Shown piece by piece: positions 20,801-30,465 of a DNA stretch of 64,000 nucleotides. The notes beneath the pieces are model-generated. The model had not been told where the DNA came from. It was given only the letters and a program-made list of their open reading frames with translations, and searched no databases. Position numbers and translations under genes: made by a program. Numbering within the stretch: the first letter of the stretch is position 1; each line of letters starts with the position of its first letter. Source of the stretch: a virus; the IMG/VR virus record IMGVR_UViG_3300017991_000051, positions 96,001 to 160,000 of that record, one strand, 5' to 3'.

Positions 20801-21754
20801 AGTCGCCGGCCGCCCTCCGCTGACAGGCTGTTTCTCGTACATGATGCCGGTATTCCGCTTCTGATAGGCGACGTGGATGTTACTGTTCTCATCGATCAGC
20901 ATATCGATCGCATGCGAGTCACGACCGTCGTTCTCGCCATACACTTCAGGGGTCCCCCACGCGCCGCCGGAGCGCACATTGCGCCTGTTGTAGGTGGCTC
21001 CGCTGTTGTATCCGTTATCCTCACCCACGTGGTATAGAACGAACACGTCATCGTTGGTCTGCACCTGAATGATCTGCGGCCGTGTACCGTGCCGGGGGTT
21101 CCCGTCATCCACCTGCTCTTTCGCCAGCCACGCACCACTCTTCCGCGTATACTGAATAGAGGTATCGCCCTTAACACCATCGAGGTTCCACGCGATGTGG
21201 GGCTGATTGTTGGTATCGATATCGATGTCGACGGTCTTCCCCTTGTAATCATATGCCTTCGTCTGCCCAGTATCCTCGAGGCTCCACGAGGATAGGTTGT
21301 AGACGCCGTACCGGATCGTACTCGCGTCGGAGTAGGCAAGCACGAGCCAGCCGTTGGTGTCGACAGCAACCGCCGGGGAGTAACCGGCATCGCCCACAGG
21401 CGTATCATTCGTCACGTAGACTGTCTCGAGCCCGATGTCGCGATCGTTGATAACGCCGGAGAAGTCCTTCAGCTCAACGGAGTAGCGATTGCTGGCAGCA
21501 ACCCACACGGGATCCGTCTCGAGTCCAGGAAGGCCGGCGATCGTCACGTAATCGACCTTGGCAGTGGACCACACGGGATCCACCTCGACGCTGATACCGC
21601 CCCCGCCAGCGCCCGCGGTGTCGATCGGTCGCCCATTAACGTAGATGAAGCCGCCGCCGGTGGAAGGCTGCATTGTCGCAGACACAGCGCCTGCGAGCGC
21701 GAACAGGATCAAACTACCGACAATCAGCGGCAGTGCTTTGAATGGCCGTATCAT
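17831..21754 (-). CDS. Large fibre/adhesin-like protein with signal peptide (beta-propeller-like and beta-helix regions)
   Basis: 1307 aa; signal peptide. DxNxxxH[IV]A[WY] propeller-like blades, IGGG..N repeats, VGIGTNNP fibre motif, ETDPVW repeats. Confidence 0.7.
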   Translation of the reverse strand: MIRPFKALPLIVGSLILFALAGAVSATMQPSTGGGFIYVNGRPIDTAGAGGGGISVEVDPVWSTAKVDYVTIAGLPGLETDPVWVAASNRYSVELKDFSGVINDRDIGLETVYVTNDTPVGDAGYSPAVAVDTNGWLVLAYSDASTIRYGVYNLSSWSLEDTGQTKAYDYKGKTVDIDIDTNNQPHIAWNLDGVKGDTSIQYTRKSGAWLAKEQVDDGNPRHGTRPQIIQVQTNDDVFVLYHVGEDNGYNSGATYNRRNVRSGGAWGTPEVYGENDGRDSHAIDMLIDENSNIHVAYQKRNTGIMYEKQPVSGGRPATTNVIVYNGVSPYQAPFGFSAVRLGRNTNNDQMVAVFEGFWFRNGITADNANLGFAFQYPGEGTNTAWESFMIAQNDAGLAPSPYKGPKDSDPSDSATISVNVRTNGDVLVLYQPNDGTGAGTVSDTDLVLLTMPRLAGGDYKVSAMTYVRLPLDCDNEFDSVLIDDVLYIVYQDRVSGDLRLYTRSITEKTYFDYWANRPASTNINAGGYSITNVATESIEFVDGSRLSVDGTQIYYTSSNGVSTNPLVGVEVAVTNINMSSYGITNVSTNLMLVCDDNSRIFSRGTDIFYVSADGANTNSMISGGGGGITNLQPNVTLTAPFTVAGGLSSISTNQGDLRVRGGDLYVGSASVPAIDWSGITVTLAMNVWNGGLYYHSYGGGFRGLAWKGDGTMQAGSQLWFDGVAGTTITHGDTGIEKTAASGGYWKFMYDGTTMLQITAASGFNFMSNTLYNIASNSLVFESGAKISDLATNLLYVSADGTVTQSMAVAGGGGGAGTLQEVLDAGNSATNNMILGRGHSVASDVIFSRIGGQSNAVSNAAEECDVFGHSNVVNASKWSWIRGYRNETTSKVKFCRISGRYGSADGSDNNYHGRSWSSGINSDYNFIGSGQSIQIGSTADYLVIGGGRNHSVGNGCTDSVIGGGDDNDMAANSDYATIIGGQGNDVDASYQIMGGRRSQGGGFVGALVLSDNHNADYTAHGTNTANFRYESVWFDEFMVWTNDNHLLTADPTNDLECVNLRYLSANSTWGQNSLGHLYYTNAYGTSPTNWVGIGTNNPSCMLHIHNADPAVNEVLLKVTTGSGSTRMNCDKDGDAWIYQSLLVGSIYLKGYGIRPDGNNSQNSLILYGGKESQNLGVTMSLHGHRNNMPNAFRVIATDGYHDEVQSNFVFEAADACPTATVYTAGAHIHMAPGTNTGSGFGHIALNWDESASQAQGNTGVGTTNAPTRLTVNGTATVHNVIFQLPLPSAAGASGLLYTNATGTLMVSP

Positions 21755-21769
21755 GGTCTTGCTCCGTAG

Positions 21770-24700
21770 CTACTTAACTTTTTCAACGATCAGCGACAGA
21801 TCAGTAAACTCCAACTGTCGTGCGCCGGCAAACGTATTGTATAATCGAATGTCAAGAACGTCACCATCTGCTAGGTCAACAATGCGTTGCCCAGAAATGC
21901 ACTGAGCCTCACCGGTATCAATAAACTGTCGCCCACCTATACGTCCGAGCTTCACACCGTCCTTATACGCATACACCTCGATGACGGTGGTCGCATCCGT
22001 ATCCAAGCTGCCCGACAGTGTCAACCTGTTCTGACCGGCGCTCGTAGCGCTCACAGTGATATTCGACGTGCTGACAGTATACCCGTCGGAGAAGCCCGCT
22101 GACAAGTTCGTTATGATGATCGTAGACGTCGCCCCAACGTTCTGCGTGCTCACGTACGTCGTACCCAGCTCACATATGTCGAAGACGTTGGTCAGCGTCT
22201 GGTAATTGACCGCCTGCTTGCCGCTCGACGCGTCCTCAACCTCCGTGGGGGACCCGACCAAGTAGAAGCCGTTGGTCATTCTCACGAGGAACTCTGAATC
22301 CTGCACCGATGTCATGAAGTTCCCGCCGTCGCCGTTCCAGTAGAAACCACGGTCGTGCTTGTTCAGAACCTCAACGCCCCTGCCGCCGACGAACACGTTA
22401 TCCCCGCGGTTGGTAAGTCCACGGCCAACCATGAACGACTCGGTACCGTTGTCGTAGATACGACTTCCGAACGCCGCGCTCCTGTCCGCCGTTCCGGTCA
22501 TAGTAATGGTATTTCCGCTCGCGAACGAGTCGGTGGCCTGCATTGAAATGGTATCACCACCGGCAGCACTGTTGTCACCACCGCTCGTGAACGTGACGAA
22601 GCGACCCCATATAACGTTCCGGCTGGAATCAACGCTCTGATTGGACCCAACCACAAGCCCCTGATTCGCACCGCTGTTCGCCGTGAGGGTGTTCCCAGCC
22701 ATCACCATCGCAAAGGCGCTCGCGTGTATGGAGCCGCCAGCCGACCGCAGCAGGATTACGCTGTTGGAGCTGGCGATATTGCCGCCGTCTAAGCACGATT
22801 GCAGGTTGCTGACCGACCCACCAGCGCTGGTAAGGAATCCTGCGTCGTTGTTGTAGGTCGACAGGTTGGTGGATGTCCCAGCCGTACCGACCACGATATA
22901 CGCATTGGTCTCGCCGTTTGTCGCAACCATGCTGATATTCGTACCATCGGACGTGATCCTCGAGCCGTCCGTGAACTCCAAGGACGAGGGCGCGATGTTG
23001 ATGATGCTCTTGCCCTTCACATCGATCACGTCGTTGCTCCACGAGAGCATGACCGTCGAGCCATCAGTATCACGCAACTCACGGTCCTCCCAGTCGATAG
23101 CAATCGCCGGCGTGGAGTCAGACAGATGACGGCTATCCCACTCAATCGATTCATTGAAGCTGTCATCGTACGCGGTGGTGAGGTTCCAATCCATGACGAT
23201 CGATGGGCCCGATACTTGGTAGAGGTACCGGTTGTTCCAGTCGAAAGAGGCAACGCCATTGGCGTCGAAGCTCTGCTGCTCATCCCAGTCCGTCACGATC
23301 GTCGTACCGTCCGCATCGTAACACTCGCGGTTCTGCCAATCGAGTGCGTCGTTGCCCGCTGTATCGTAGGCCACCTGCGTATCCCAATCCAGCACGATGG
23401 AGGTGCCGTCCGCATCCATTGCCTGCCGGTTCTGGTAATCGATTGCCGCATTCTCCGAGCTGTCAATAAGCTCACGCACTTCCCACCAGATCGAAGTATT
23501 GCCGGACGTATCGTAAGCGGCCGCATTGAACCAATCTACAATCTCGACCCCGACGCTGTCATACAGCTTCATCGCCTTCGGGTCCATCCGGTTGGTCAGG
23601 TTCAGCCCCTCGATGTAATAGGAGCCCTCTCCCACGTACACGTGCCGGAAGGGCCTGTCAACGGATCCCGCATCCAGCGTGTTGCTGGTTGCAGGTAGCA
23701 GATGTTTGTTGAGCTGTACGGCGCTGTTCGAATACGAGAACACCTTAGTTAAACCATCCTCGGCGTAGAACGTACGCTCATCCCATTCGAAACAGTTGAA
23801 GCCGCCTGCGTCATATGCCGTCCTGTTCGGCCAATCGATGGCCAAGTTGCCGGACGCATCGTTCAGGTAGCCATCATCCCACTCAACCATCTCGTTCGTG
23901 TAGCCGTCGAAGAGACCCATATTCTCGTAGTCGATGGTGTAACCGCCGGAGTCCTTGAATGCGCGCCGGTTGATGACGTGAATGCTGTAGTCCTCATCAT
24001 CGTCGTAGATGATTCCATTCTGCCAGTCGTAGGCCTTACCGACCGCGACCCCGAGACGGTAGAGTATCTTGTTTTCCCAGTCCAGTGACTGTTCGGTAAC
24101 GACGGATGTGTAAAGCTTCCGGTTGGACGCATCCACGTTCAGCGGCGTATCGAGAACGAAGTTGGTGCCGCCGACGGAGATGCTGCCGTTAGTAAGCCGT
24201 AGATCTGTGAAGACCTGGAAGAGATTATTCGACCACGCGAAGATCTTGGTTGTGCCGTTTTCCGCGTAACCTTCCCGGCCGTCCCAATTCAGCGACGTAT
24301 CTTGACCAGCGTCATTCAACGCCATGATATCCCAATCGAGGACAATGCTCCCGTTGTCATCCAGCAGGTTCTGCAAACCCCAGTCTATGATGGTGGTTGT
24401 CCCGTCCGTTTCGTACATCCTACGCAAGCCGTAATCGATGGACAGCGCAGGGGTAGTATCTGACAACTGCCTTTGTGACCAGTCCAAGGACACGTCCTGA
24501 TCCCCGTCGTTCAGGACCATCGTAAGCCAGTCAAGCACGATGTCACCGCCAGCATCAAACGCGGTTCCAAGGTTCCAGTCCAACGTGGCGACGCCGCCCG
24601 CCGTATATAACGTCATCGCCTTCGGATCCATCCGGTTCGTCAGGTTCAGGCCTTCGATGTAATAGGAACCGGGCCCAACATACACGTGCTTCACTGGGTT

Positions 24701-26104
24701 ATCGATGGAGCCGATGTTCACGACGTTACTGGCCCACGGGATCAGGTTGGAGTGCAGTGTGATCGACGTATCGTTCGTCCACGACAGCATCGGAGCCCCG
24801 TTGGTCCCGATCAGCGTCTTGTTCGGTAGATCCAGCCCCTCGACGTACAGCACGCGATAAATAGAGTTGGAGTCCGCATAAGTAACCTGCAGGTCCGGGT
24901 CCACGCGTCGCGGGTTGTACATGGAATACCCGACATCCATGGTACAGCTTGCTTGGAAGCCGGTGATGACACCCGTTATCTCACAATCCCTTATCACGAG
25001 ATCGCTGTTAATATTCTCCGGGATGGCGAGGCCTAAGATATGGCCGTTCAGCGTGCACTCGATCAACGTCAGGGACCCGTTATCAGATAGTGAGAAACAG
25101 TCAGTCGCTCCGTTGATCGTCATGTACGCAAAGGTGTTCGTATAGTTGATTGTCAACTCGGCCGGCGCCGGGAGGTTGACAGTTGTCGCATCCCGACCGG
25201 CGCCTACGACGGTCACGTCAGCACCGATGGAAGGCGTAAGTGTTCCGTATATGCCAGGCCCGACGGCCACAATATCGTTGGCTACAGCCGCGTTCAGAGC
25301 GCTGGTGAGGTTAGTTCCATACCCAGCCTTGAAGTCGCCAGTATGGGCATAGATCTTGATGCCGTGAGCGTTGTTGGTGATGAGAGACATAATGCTCTCG
25401 CCGCCGAGAAAGAGGTTGTTGAAGTAACCGGCGTTGAACGGCCGGTCACGGCGCCCGACGCTGAGCGTATTGCTCGTAGCGGGGAAGAAGTTCATCCCCG
25501 TCAGGAAGACACCGGACGTCGATATCGTCATGTACTCCGAAACGTTCGCATTGAACAGGCGTATCTCGCTGTCGACATTCGTACTCGTACCCAAGTACAG
25601 GTCGCCGTGGTCCGTATGATCAGCAGAGTACAGGAATATATATGCTCCCGCGTTCTGTGCCGCACCCACCGGCGGAAACTTGAGATCGAGGCGGCCACCC
25701 ACCGGACCCCATATGACGCTGTCCGCGTCCGTGAAGTACAGTTCATTAACGTTGGTGATGCCCTGTGAGTTAATGTCAACGGGCGCAAGTGCCGGATAGA
25801 AAGCCCACTGGGCAACAGCGTTCGTCAAACCGTTGGTAACGGACTGCCAGTTGGCAGCGTCGGTCGGGTTCACCGGATCGCCAAGGTTGAGGATCCGGAA
25901 GTTGGCCATATTCACGTTCTGGATCGCCGGCTTCGTCGACCATTCGGTGGCCACGCCGCCGGCCTTGACCTTGTTGAAGTTCCGATTGAGTTTGTTCCGA
26001 ACCTGCGTCATCGTATCATTCGGACGGATCGGTTCGAAATTGACCGCCCATACGGCGGTGGCCAACAGGGCGGCAATGGCAGCAACACTGATAAACTTCT
26101 TCAT
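21770..26104 (-). CDS. Large fibre/adhesin-like protein with signal peptide and many ~16-17 aa DW repeats
   Basis: 1444 aa; signal peptide ending AVWA. NLGDPVNPTDAAN (autotransporter-neck-like), pectin-lyase-like start VAVGPGIY, DWxxRxxYDxxG repeats. Confidence 0.7.
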   Translation of the reverse strand: MKKFISVAAIAALLATAVWAVNFEPIRPNDTMTQVRNKLNRNFNKVKAGGVATEWSTKPAIQNVNMANFRILNLGDPVNPTDAANWQSVTNGLTNAVAQWAFYPALAPVDINSQGITNVNELYFTDADSVIWGPVGGRLDLKFPPVGAAQNAGAYIFLYSADHTDHGDLYLGTSTNVDSEIRLFNANVSEYMTISTSGVFLTGMNFFPATSNTLSVGRRDRPFNAGYFNNLFLGGESIMSLITNNAHGIKIYAHTGDFKAGYGTNLTSALNAAVANDIVAVGPGIYGTLTPSIGADVTVVGAGRDATTVNLPAPAELTINYTNTFAYMTINGATDCFSLSDNGSLTLIECTLNGHILGLAIPENINSDLVIRDCEITGVITGFQASCTMDVGYSMYNPRRVDPDLQVTYADSNSIYRVLYVEGLDLPNKTLIGTNGAPMLSWTNDTSITLHSNLIPWASNVVNIGSIDNPVKHVYVGPGSYYIEGLNLTNRMDPKAMTLYTAGGVATLDWNLGTAFDAGGDIVLDWLTMVLNDGDQDVSLDWSQRQLSDTTPALSIDYGLRRMYETDGTTTIIDWGLQNLLDDNGSIVLDWDIMALNDAGQDTSLNWDGREGYAENGTTKIFAWSNNLFQVFTDLRLTNGSISVGGTNFVLDTPLNVDASNRKLYTSVVTEQSLDWENKILYRLGVAVGKAYDWQNGIIYDDDEDYSIHVINRRAFKDSGGYTIDYENMGLFDGYTNEMVEWDDGYLNDASGNLAIDWPNRTAYDAGGFNCFEWDERTFYAEDGLTKVFSYSNSAVQLNKHLLPATSNTLDAGSVDRPFRHVYVGEGSYYIEGLNLTNRMDPKAMKLYDSVGVEIVDWFNAAAYDTSGNTSIWWEVRELIDSSENAAIDYQNRQAMDADGTSIVLDWDTQVAYDTAGNDALDWQNRECYDADGTTIVTDWDEQQSFDANGVASFDWNNRYLYQVSGPSIVMDWNLTTAYDDSFNESIEWDSRHLSDSTPAIAIDWEDRELRDTDGSTVMLSWSNDVIDVKGKSIINIAPSSLEFTDGSRITSDGTNISMVATNGETNAYIVVGTAGTSTNLSTYNNDAGFLTSAGGSVSNLQSCLDGGNIASSNSVILLRSAGGSIHASAFAMVMAGNTLTANSGANQGLVVGSNQSVDSSRNVIWGRFVTFTSGGDNSAAGGDTISMQATDSFASGNTITMTGTADRSAAFGSRIYDNGTESFMVGRGLTNRGDNVFVGGRGVEVLNKHDRGFYWNGDGGNFMTSVQDSEFLVRMTNGFYLVGSPTEVEDASSGKQAVNYQTLTNVFDICELGTTYVSTQNVGATSTIIITNLSAGFSDGYTVSTSNITVSATSAGQNRLTLSGSLDTDATTVIEVYAYKDGVKLGRIGGRQFIDTGEAQCISGQRIVDLADGDVLDIRLYNTFAGARQLEFTDLSLIVEKVK

Positions 26105-26116
26105 TCCTATCTCCCC

Positions 26117-26932
26117 CTAGCTGGAGCTTGATTCATGATCTTCAGGTCTCTCTAAACTGTACACTATATCCGTTGTAGGAGCAAGCCTCAGTTCCACGGG
26201 ATCGAAGATGAACGGGATGTCCCGGAAGTTGATTTCCTTCACCCGCTGCACGATGTACCGCTGATCCGAATCATACTTGATCCACACGTCCCCCGTGTCC
26301 AGCCAAGGACAGTTCAAGGCCCTCACAGGCCGCACACGGTCCTCGATGACCCCCTGACCCTCCGGCTGCGTCGTCGTCCGCCTGTTGACCCCCTGCGTGC
26401 TGTCAGCGACCCAGTAAACGAGGGGATCGAAGTAGCCGGCGACGAAGCCGGTGCCGAAGCAGTCCGGGCAGTGCGCGTTCTTCACCTCGCCGGTATCGTA
26501 GTCGAGGCAGGTGGGACATTGTGTACCCCACCGCTTCCTCTTATAGAGGTAGCCGCACATACCGGCGTACTTCTGAAGCCGGAGGGTCTCCTTCCGGATG
26601 ATCTCACGGTAGATGGGTAGGTCATGGTCCGACAAGTTGCCGACCATCTGCTTGTCCTCCGAATCGTAATTCACGCCATCGGCGGTCATACGTATCCGGT
26701 AGTACAGCCGCGGTGCCTTCCCGTACAGACGCCAGTTGGGGTCCTCAGCGATGTACTGGTCGGTTACCGTCGTAACGGTCTCCCAGGCACCGGCTGTGGT
26801 GCGGGAGACCATTACGCGGAAGGTGAGAGGACCTGTCGATCTGAACATGGGATGGAGATCCCATGCCAACAGCGCGCCGCCACGCATGCGGTAGTATACT
26901 TCAAACCTATTGAATACAGGAATGTCTGCCAT
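26117..26932 (-). CDS. Putative head-tail connector/neck protein with CxxC zinc motifs
   Basis: CPTC...CPDCFGTGFVAGYF; lies between the capsid and tail modules; likely start MADIP. Confidence 0.55.
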   Translation of the reverse strand: MADIPVFNRFEVYYRMRGGALLAWDLHPMFRSTGPLTFRVMVSRTTAGAWETVTTVTDQYIAEDPNWRLYGKAPRLYYRIRMTADGVNYDSEDKQMVGNLSDHDLPIYREIIRKETLRLQKYAGMCGYLYKRKRWGTQCPTCLDYDTGEVKNAHCPDCFGTGFVAGYFDPLVYWVADSTQGVNRRTTTQPEGQGVIEDRVRPVRALNCPWLDTGDVWIKYDSDQRYIVQRVKEINFRDIPFIFDPVELRLAPTTDIVYSLERPEDHESSSS

Positions 26933-26976
26933 CGTACCCGCCCGTAAATTGTGTAGCACGCTACACGGTTCGTCGC

Positions 26977-27873
26977 TTACCAGCGCGTCGAGTACGTGTA
27001 GCCGGAGCCCATTGTACCAAAACCGCCCTCGATGTTCATCTCGATTTTGCGCTCCTTCACGAACTGGCGCCAGTCGGCCAGCAACTGATTCGCCAGCTCA
27101 ACGTATATCTTCGCCTTGTCCCTGTCACTGACCGTTACTCCGCCCGCCACGTAGTTCAGGTGATCCCGGGCGTACCCGCGCGCCGCGATCTCCATGAGGT
27201 AGCCGGCGGTTGCCCGCAGCCAGTGAAAACGCCATGGGAATGTTCTCGGCGAGTACGTCGTCTTCGGTTGGTACTTCTCATTGAACTCGTCAATAGGAAG
27301 CCGCATACACGCCACGATCTGAGAGTCGTTGAATTCGAAATCGTCCAGCAGGAAGTTCTGCTCTGGGCACGAATCGCGCAGGATGAGCCGCACCTCCGGA
27401 ATCGTGATCGGGCCCGTGGAGGTCACGTTGAGCGACGGGTTGAACACTGCCCAGTACGGCGTATTCCATATCAGATCATCAGCTGCGTTGAATACCTGTA
27501 CCTGCGCAACGAAGATGCCGGCGAAACGGGTCTGCGTCGGCGTCAGCTTGGCTAGAACGATACCCTGCGCCGCGTCGGTAATCTCGCAGGTAACGTTGAA
27601 GATGGGGAGGGAGCTGACCTCGCGGTCCTTGATAATGAACTTGACCGTAAAGGAGCCGGTGGAAAGATCCACAGCGGCTCCATTACGATCCATCACGTAG
27701 AGCTTGAAATTGGTCTTCTGACATTGGTATGTCTGAACAACGGGCCGATCGCCGAAACACTTGCTCCGGCCCATGTCGACGGTTTCGTGCGCAAGGTCAT
27801 CGGACCCGCGGTTACCCGCAAACTGATCCTGGCTCCCTGTTGGGGATATCGATCCCTGATCGCATGCCGTCAT
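26977..27873 (-). CDS. Putative neck/adaptor protein with N-terminal BppU/Ig-like domain
   Basis: AVDLST...VKF...ITDAAQGIV beta-sandwich; C-terminal VRLILRD...NYVAGGVTV adaptor-like. Confidence 0.55.
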   Translation of the reverse strand: MTACDQGSISPTGSQDQFAGNRGSDDLAHETVDMGRSKCFGDRPVVQTYQCQKTNFKLYVMDRNGAAVDLSTGSFTVKFIIKDREVSSLPIFNVTCEITDAAQGIVLAKLTPTQTRFAGIFVAQVQVFNAADDLIWNTPYWAVFNPSLNVTSTGPITIPEVRLILRDSCPEQNFLLDDFEFNDSQIVACMRLPIDEFNEKYQPKTTYSPRTFPWRFHWLRATAGYLMEIAARGYARDHLNYVAGGVTVSDRDKAKIYVELANQLLADWRQFVKERKIEMNIEGGFGTMGSGYTYSTRW

Positions 27874-27897
27874 GATTCATAACCCCGTGACACGACC

Positions 27898-28431
27898 CTA
27901 AACGGTGTGCTCCTCGAGTATGTCAATCTGCCCGCCGTTGATGAAGTTGACCGTGACCTTGTACTTGGTGTTAGGAATGTTTCGCAGGGTGATCAACGTA
28001 TCAGTCAAAACACTCTGTTCGTGCATCAGGCACCAGCGACCATCGATCTCGGTCGTATCCAGCGGACCGCCCCACGCCCATACGCGGATATCCGCATGGC
28101 ACCGCTCATCCATTTCGCCCAGCAAACCGTCAACCAGTCCCTGGAAGGATGCCGCGCAAACGCCGGGATCGCCGGCGTCCTCAGGCGGTGTGTAGTAGAC
28201 ATACAGTTCAAGGTGCCCGTTATACGCCCGGGCAGCAACCTCATGCTTCGGAGTATCACCGGAGATCGCGGTCATCTGCTCGGAGTAGTGTAACTTCGAG
28301 CTGTCGATGTCCAACCTGATCTCGGGGATGCTACCAGCATCCGGGGTTGCATCCGCGGCCACAAGGCCCTGCCGATAAACGACCCGCTCGGTCAGGTAGG
28401 TCATGTCAAAAGTTGTGTTCCTACCAGCCAC
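27898..28431 (-). CDS. Hypothetical virion protein
   Basis: GGAGG RBS with GTG start; in the head operon. Confidence 0.55.
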   Translation of the reverse strand: MAGRNTTFDMTYLTERVVYRQGLVAADATPDAGSIPEIRLDIDSSKLHYSEQMTAISGDTPKHEVAARAYNGHLELYVYYTPPEDAGDPGVCAASFQGLVDGLLGEMDERCHADIRVWAWGGPLDTTEIDGRWCLMHEQSVLTDTLITLRNIPNTKYKVTVNFINGGQIDILEEHTV

Positions 28432-28457
28432 AAAACACCTCCGAATCGGTTCCTACC

Positions 28458-28775
28458 TTACTGAGCAAACACGCCAGCGACCTCAGGATCCTGCAGCAAC
28501 GCGGCTACCTGATCCTGTGTGCCAAACGTCATACTCTCCAAGCTGGCAGCTGCAGCCTTGACGAGGTCGGCTTGCGAACCCGCTTCGGGAGCTGCTTCAT
28601 TGGACTGATGCATCCGCGTCATGACGGCAATCTTCAGGAGGTCCTGAAGTTCGTCTTCACTCTGCACCTGCACGCCCAGCTCGGCCAGTTTGCTCATGAA
28701 AGCAGGCAGATACACCTTCTCGGTGATCACAGCAAGTTTCTGTTCCATCGCCTTGTTGGTATCTTCCGCTGACAT
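28458..28775 (-). CDS. Small head-region protein with KxA motifs (start MSAED at 28775)
   Basis: AGAGGAG RBS; QKLA, SKLA, LKIA, VKAA. Confidence 0.65.
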   Translation of the reverse strand: MSAEDTNKAMEQKLAVITEKVYLPAFMSKLAELGVQVQSEDELQDLLKIAVMTRMHQSNEAAPEAGSQADLVKAAAASLESMTFGTQDQVAALLQDPEVAGVFAQ

Positions 28776-28810
28776 GTTGATTTCTCCTCTCTTATGGTCG
28801 AAAACCCACC

Positions 28811-28840
28811 GGGCGCCCGGCTCGGACGAGCCGGACACCC
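28811..28840 (-). terminator. Stem-loop downstream of the major capsid gene
   Basis: GGGTGTCCGGCTCG-TC-CGAGCCGGGCGCCC hairpin on the minus strand. Confidence 0.55.
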
Positions 28841-28879
28841 AAGGGCTGTGTTCAATTCCGTTTCACGGATGGCACTGAC

Positions 28880-29848
28880 TTAGTAGCGCCACACGTCGAG
28901 ATCCTCGACCGTACCCGTGAAGTCGGCACGCGCCACGCCGGCGACGTTACCGATTGCACTACCCAGCTCTTCGTAAGCGAAGAAGTTGAGCATGTAGGCC
29001 TTTTTCTCGATGTGCATGGTCGTGTCCTCGAGGATGAAGAACTTCCCGAGGAACTTCGGTTCCGCGAACATGTACATGCTGCCGTCACCCACCAGATCGC
29101 GCTTGATCGTGATGATCCAGCGGACGGCGAGGAAGGTGCGTTCCGCAAAGCCGTTTCGGACGATTTCCTCGGAGAGGTCACCACCGACTTCGTCACGGCC
29201 CCACTTCTGCAGGTCCTTCACGAACACGTTGTTGATCAGGGCCGTCGAGACTTCGAGATGGCTCGGGGTCTGAGGCATGATCTTCAGCGCGTCGTTGACT
29301 GTTTCACGGGTCACGCCACCACCGAACGTGCGCCACTGGATGGTGCCCGTCTCGGGAACGACCTGATTCAGGCCCACGAGGGCCGCGATGCAGGCGCGGA
29401 TGGCTTTGCCGTCTTCTTCTGCCAGCATATCCTTGATCGCGTTGTCGGACAGGACCTGACGAATGTCCATGTCCCATGTACGCAGCCGGCCCACGTCGGT
29501 CGTGAAGTTCGGCGTAACAATACGGTCGAACATAACACGGTACCGGGGACCTTGGATGTACCGGTTCATCGGAAGGGTGGCGTACGGAATGCTGATAGCC
29601 GCCGGGCTGTCAGGTTCCTTATCCACGACCTTCACGTTCTTCTCCGTGTCGACCTGGCGATCCAGCTCATCATTGCTGATGGGCACCGGAGGAAGAATTT
29701 TGCGCCAGAAACCGTCTTCACGCATCTTCACGCGGGTGAAGTCGTTGACGGCCTGTTGGGCGTCCTTCTGAAGGGCACTGTCATCCGACGTGATCTTCTC
29801 GAAGAAAGCCTGGTTGATTGCCTTGGTTGAGTATTCTTGCTCACTCAT
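28880..29848 (-). CDS. Major capsid protein (probable HK97-fold); start MSEQEYS at 29848
   Basis: About 322 aa. REDGFWRKILPP...KDMLAEEDGK...FFAYEELGSAIGN pattern; AGAGGT RBS; order protease-scaffold-decoration-MCP; downstream hairpin. Confidence 0.75.
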   Translation of the reverse strand: MSEQEYSTKAINQAFFEKITSDDSALQKDAQQAVNDFTRVKMREDGFWRKILPPVPISNDELDRQVDTEKNVKVVDKEPDSPAAISIPYATLPMNRYIQGPRYRVMFDRIVTPNFTTDVGRLRTWDMDIRQVLSDNAIKDMLAEEDGKAIRACIAALVGLNQVVPETGTIQWRTFGGGVTRETVNDALKIMPQTPSHLEVSTALINNVFVKDLQKWGRDEVGGDLSEEIVRNGFAERTFLAVRWIITIKRDLVGDGSMYMFAEPKFLGKFFILEDTTMHIEKKAYMLNFFAYEELGSAIGNVAGVARADFTGTVEDLDVWRY

Positions 29849-29934
29849 GACTTTACCTCTTGTTGGTTGTTCACAACCTTGTTTGGTTCCAGCGGCCATT
29901 ACGACCGCCGGAACCGGCACGTTATTGGCCACAA

Positions 29935-30465
29935 TTAGTCACTGCTTACCGGAGGGCACTCCAGTGGCGGCAGCCACACGGGCCAGAACCGAATCACTGT
30001 ACGCTGGAATTCGTTCGTCAGAACACCGTCACTGACAACACCGCAAATGGTGTCCGTGTAGGCGGTCCCCGGCTTGATGACGCCGGCGTCGGCTGCGCCA
30101 GGGGCGCCCGCTGTCAGCGTATCGTTCGGGTTGTAGTTCTGATCCGAGTCGTATTCCGTCGACTCGACCTCGAGGCCGGATACTGCGACCAGACCGGACA
30201 TACGAGGGATTCCGCTGCCACTGCCGACGAGGTTGTAGTCGTCACCGACCACATCGTAATTCGTGCTGGTGTTCAGCAGGAAGATCGGCATTGCAGCACA
30301 TTCCAAACCGAGCTGGAAGTTGCCGTTGGAGTCCAGCGACACGACCTGACCGCGGTATGCGGTGTCGTCGCCACTGTAGTCCGCGTGCTTGTCCACAGCG
30401 TACGGGCTTGGCCAACCCTTGACAGGATTGAGTTCGTGATCGTACATTTGTGCAGGTGTACTCAT
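29935..30465 (-). CDS. Putative capsid decoration/stabilising protein
   Basis: 176 aa, beta-rich, directly upstream of the MCP. Confidence 0.55.
   Translation of the reverse strand: MSTPAQMYDHELNPVKGWPSPYAVDKHADYSGDDTAYRGQVVSLDSNGNFQLGLECAAMPIFLLNTSTNYDVVGDDYNLVGSGSGIPRMSGLVAVSGLEVESTEYDSDQNYNPNDTLTAGAPGAADAGVIKPGTAYTDTICGVVSDGVLTNEFQRTVIRFWPVWLPPLECPPVSSD

Noticed and set aside
23570-24690. DGR template/variable repeat pair
   Set aside because: Both copies are in-frame within one gene, the differences are mostly synonymous rather than adenine-specific, and no reverse transcriptase is in the window.
28880-29848. Encapsulin locus (shell plus ferritin-like cargo) rather than phage capsid
   Set aside because: The gene is embedded among protease, scaffold, neck, sheath and tube genes.
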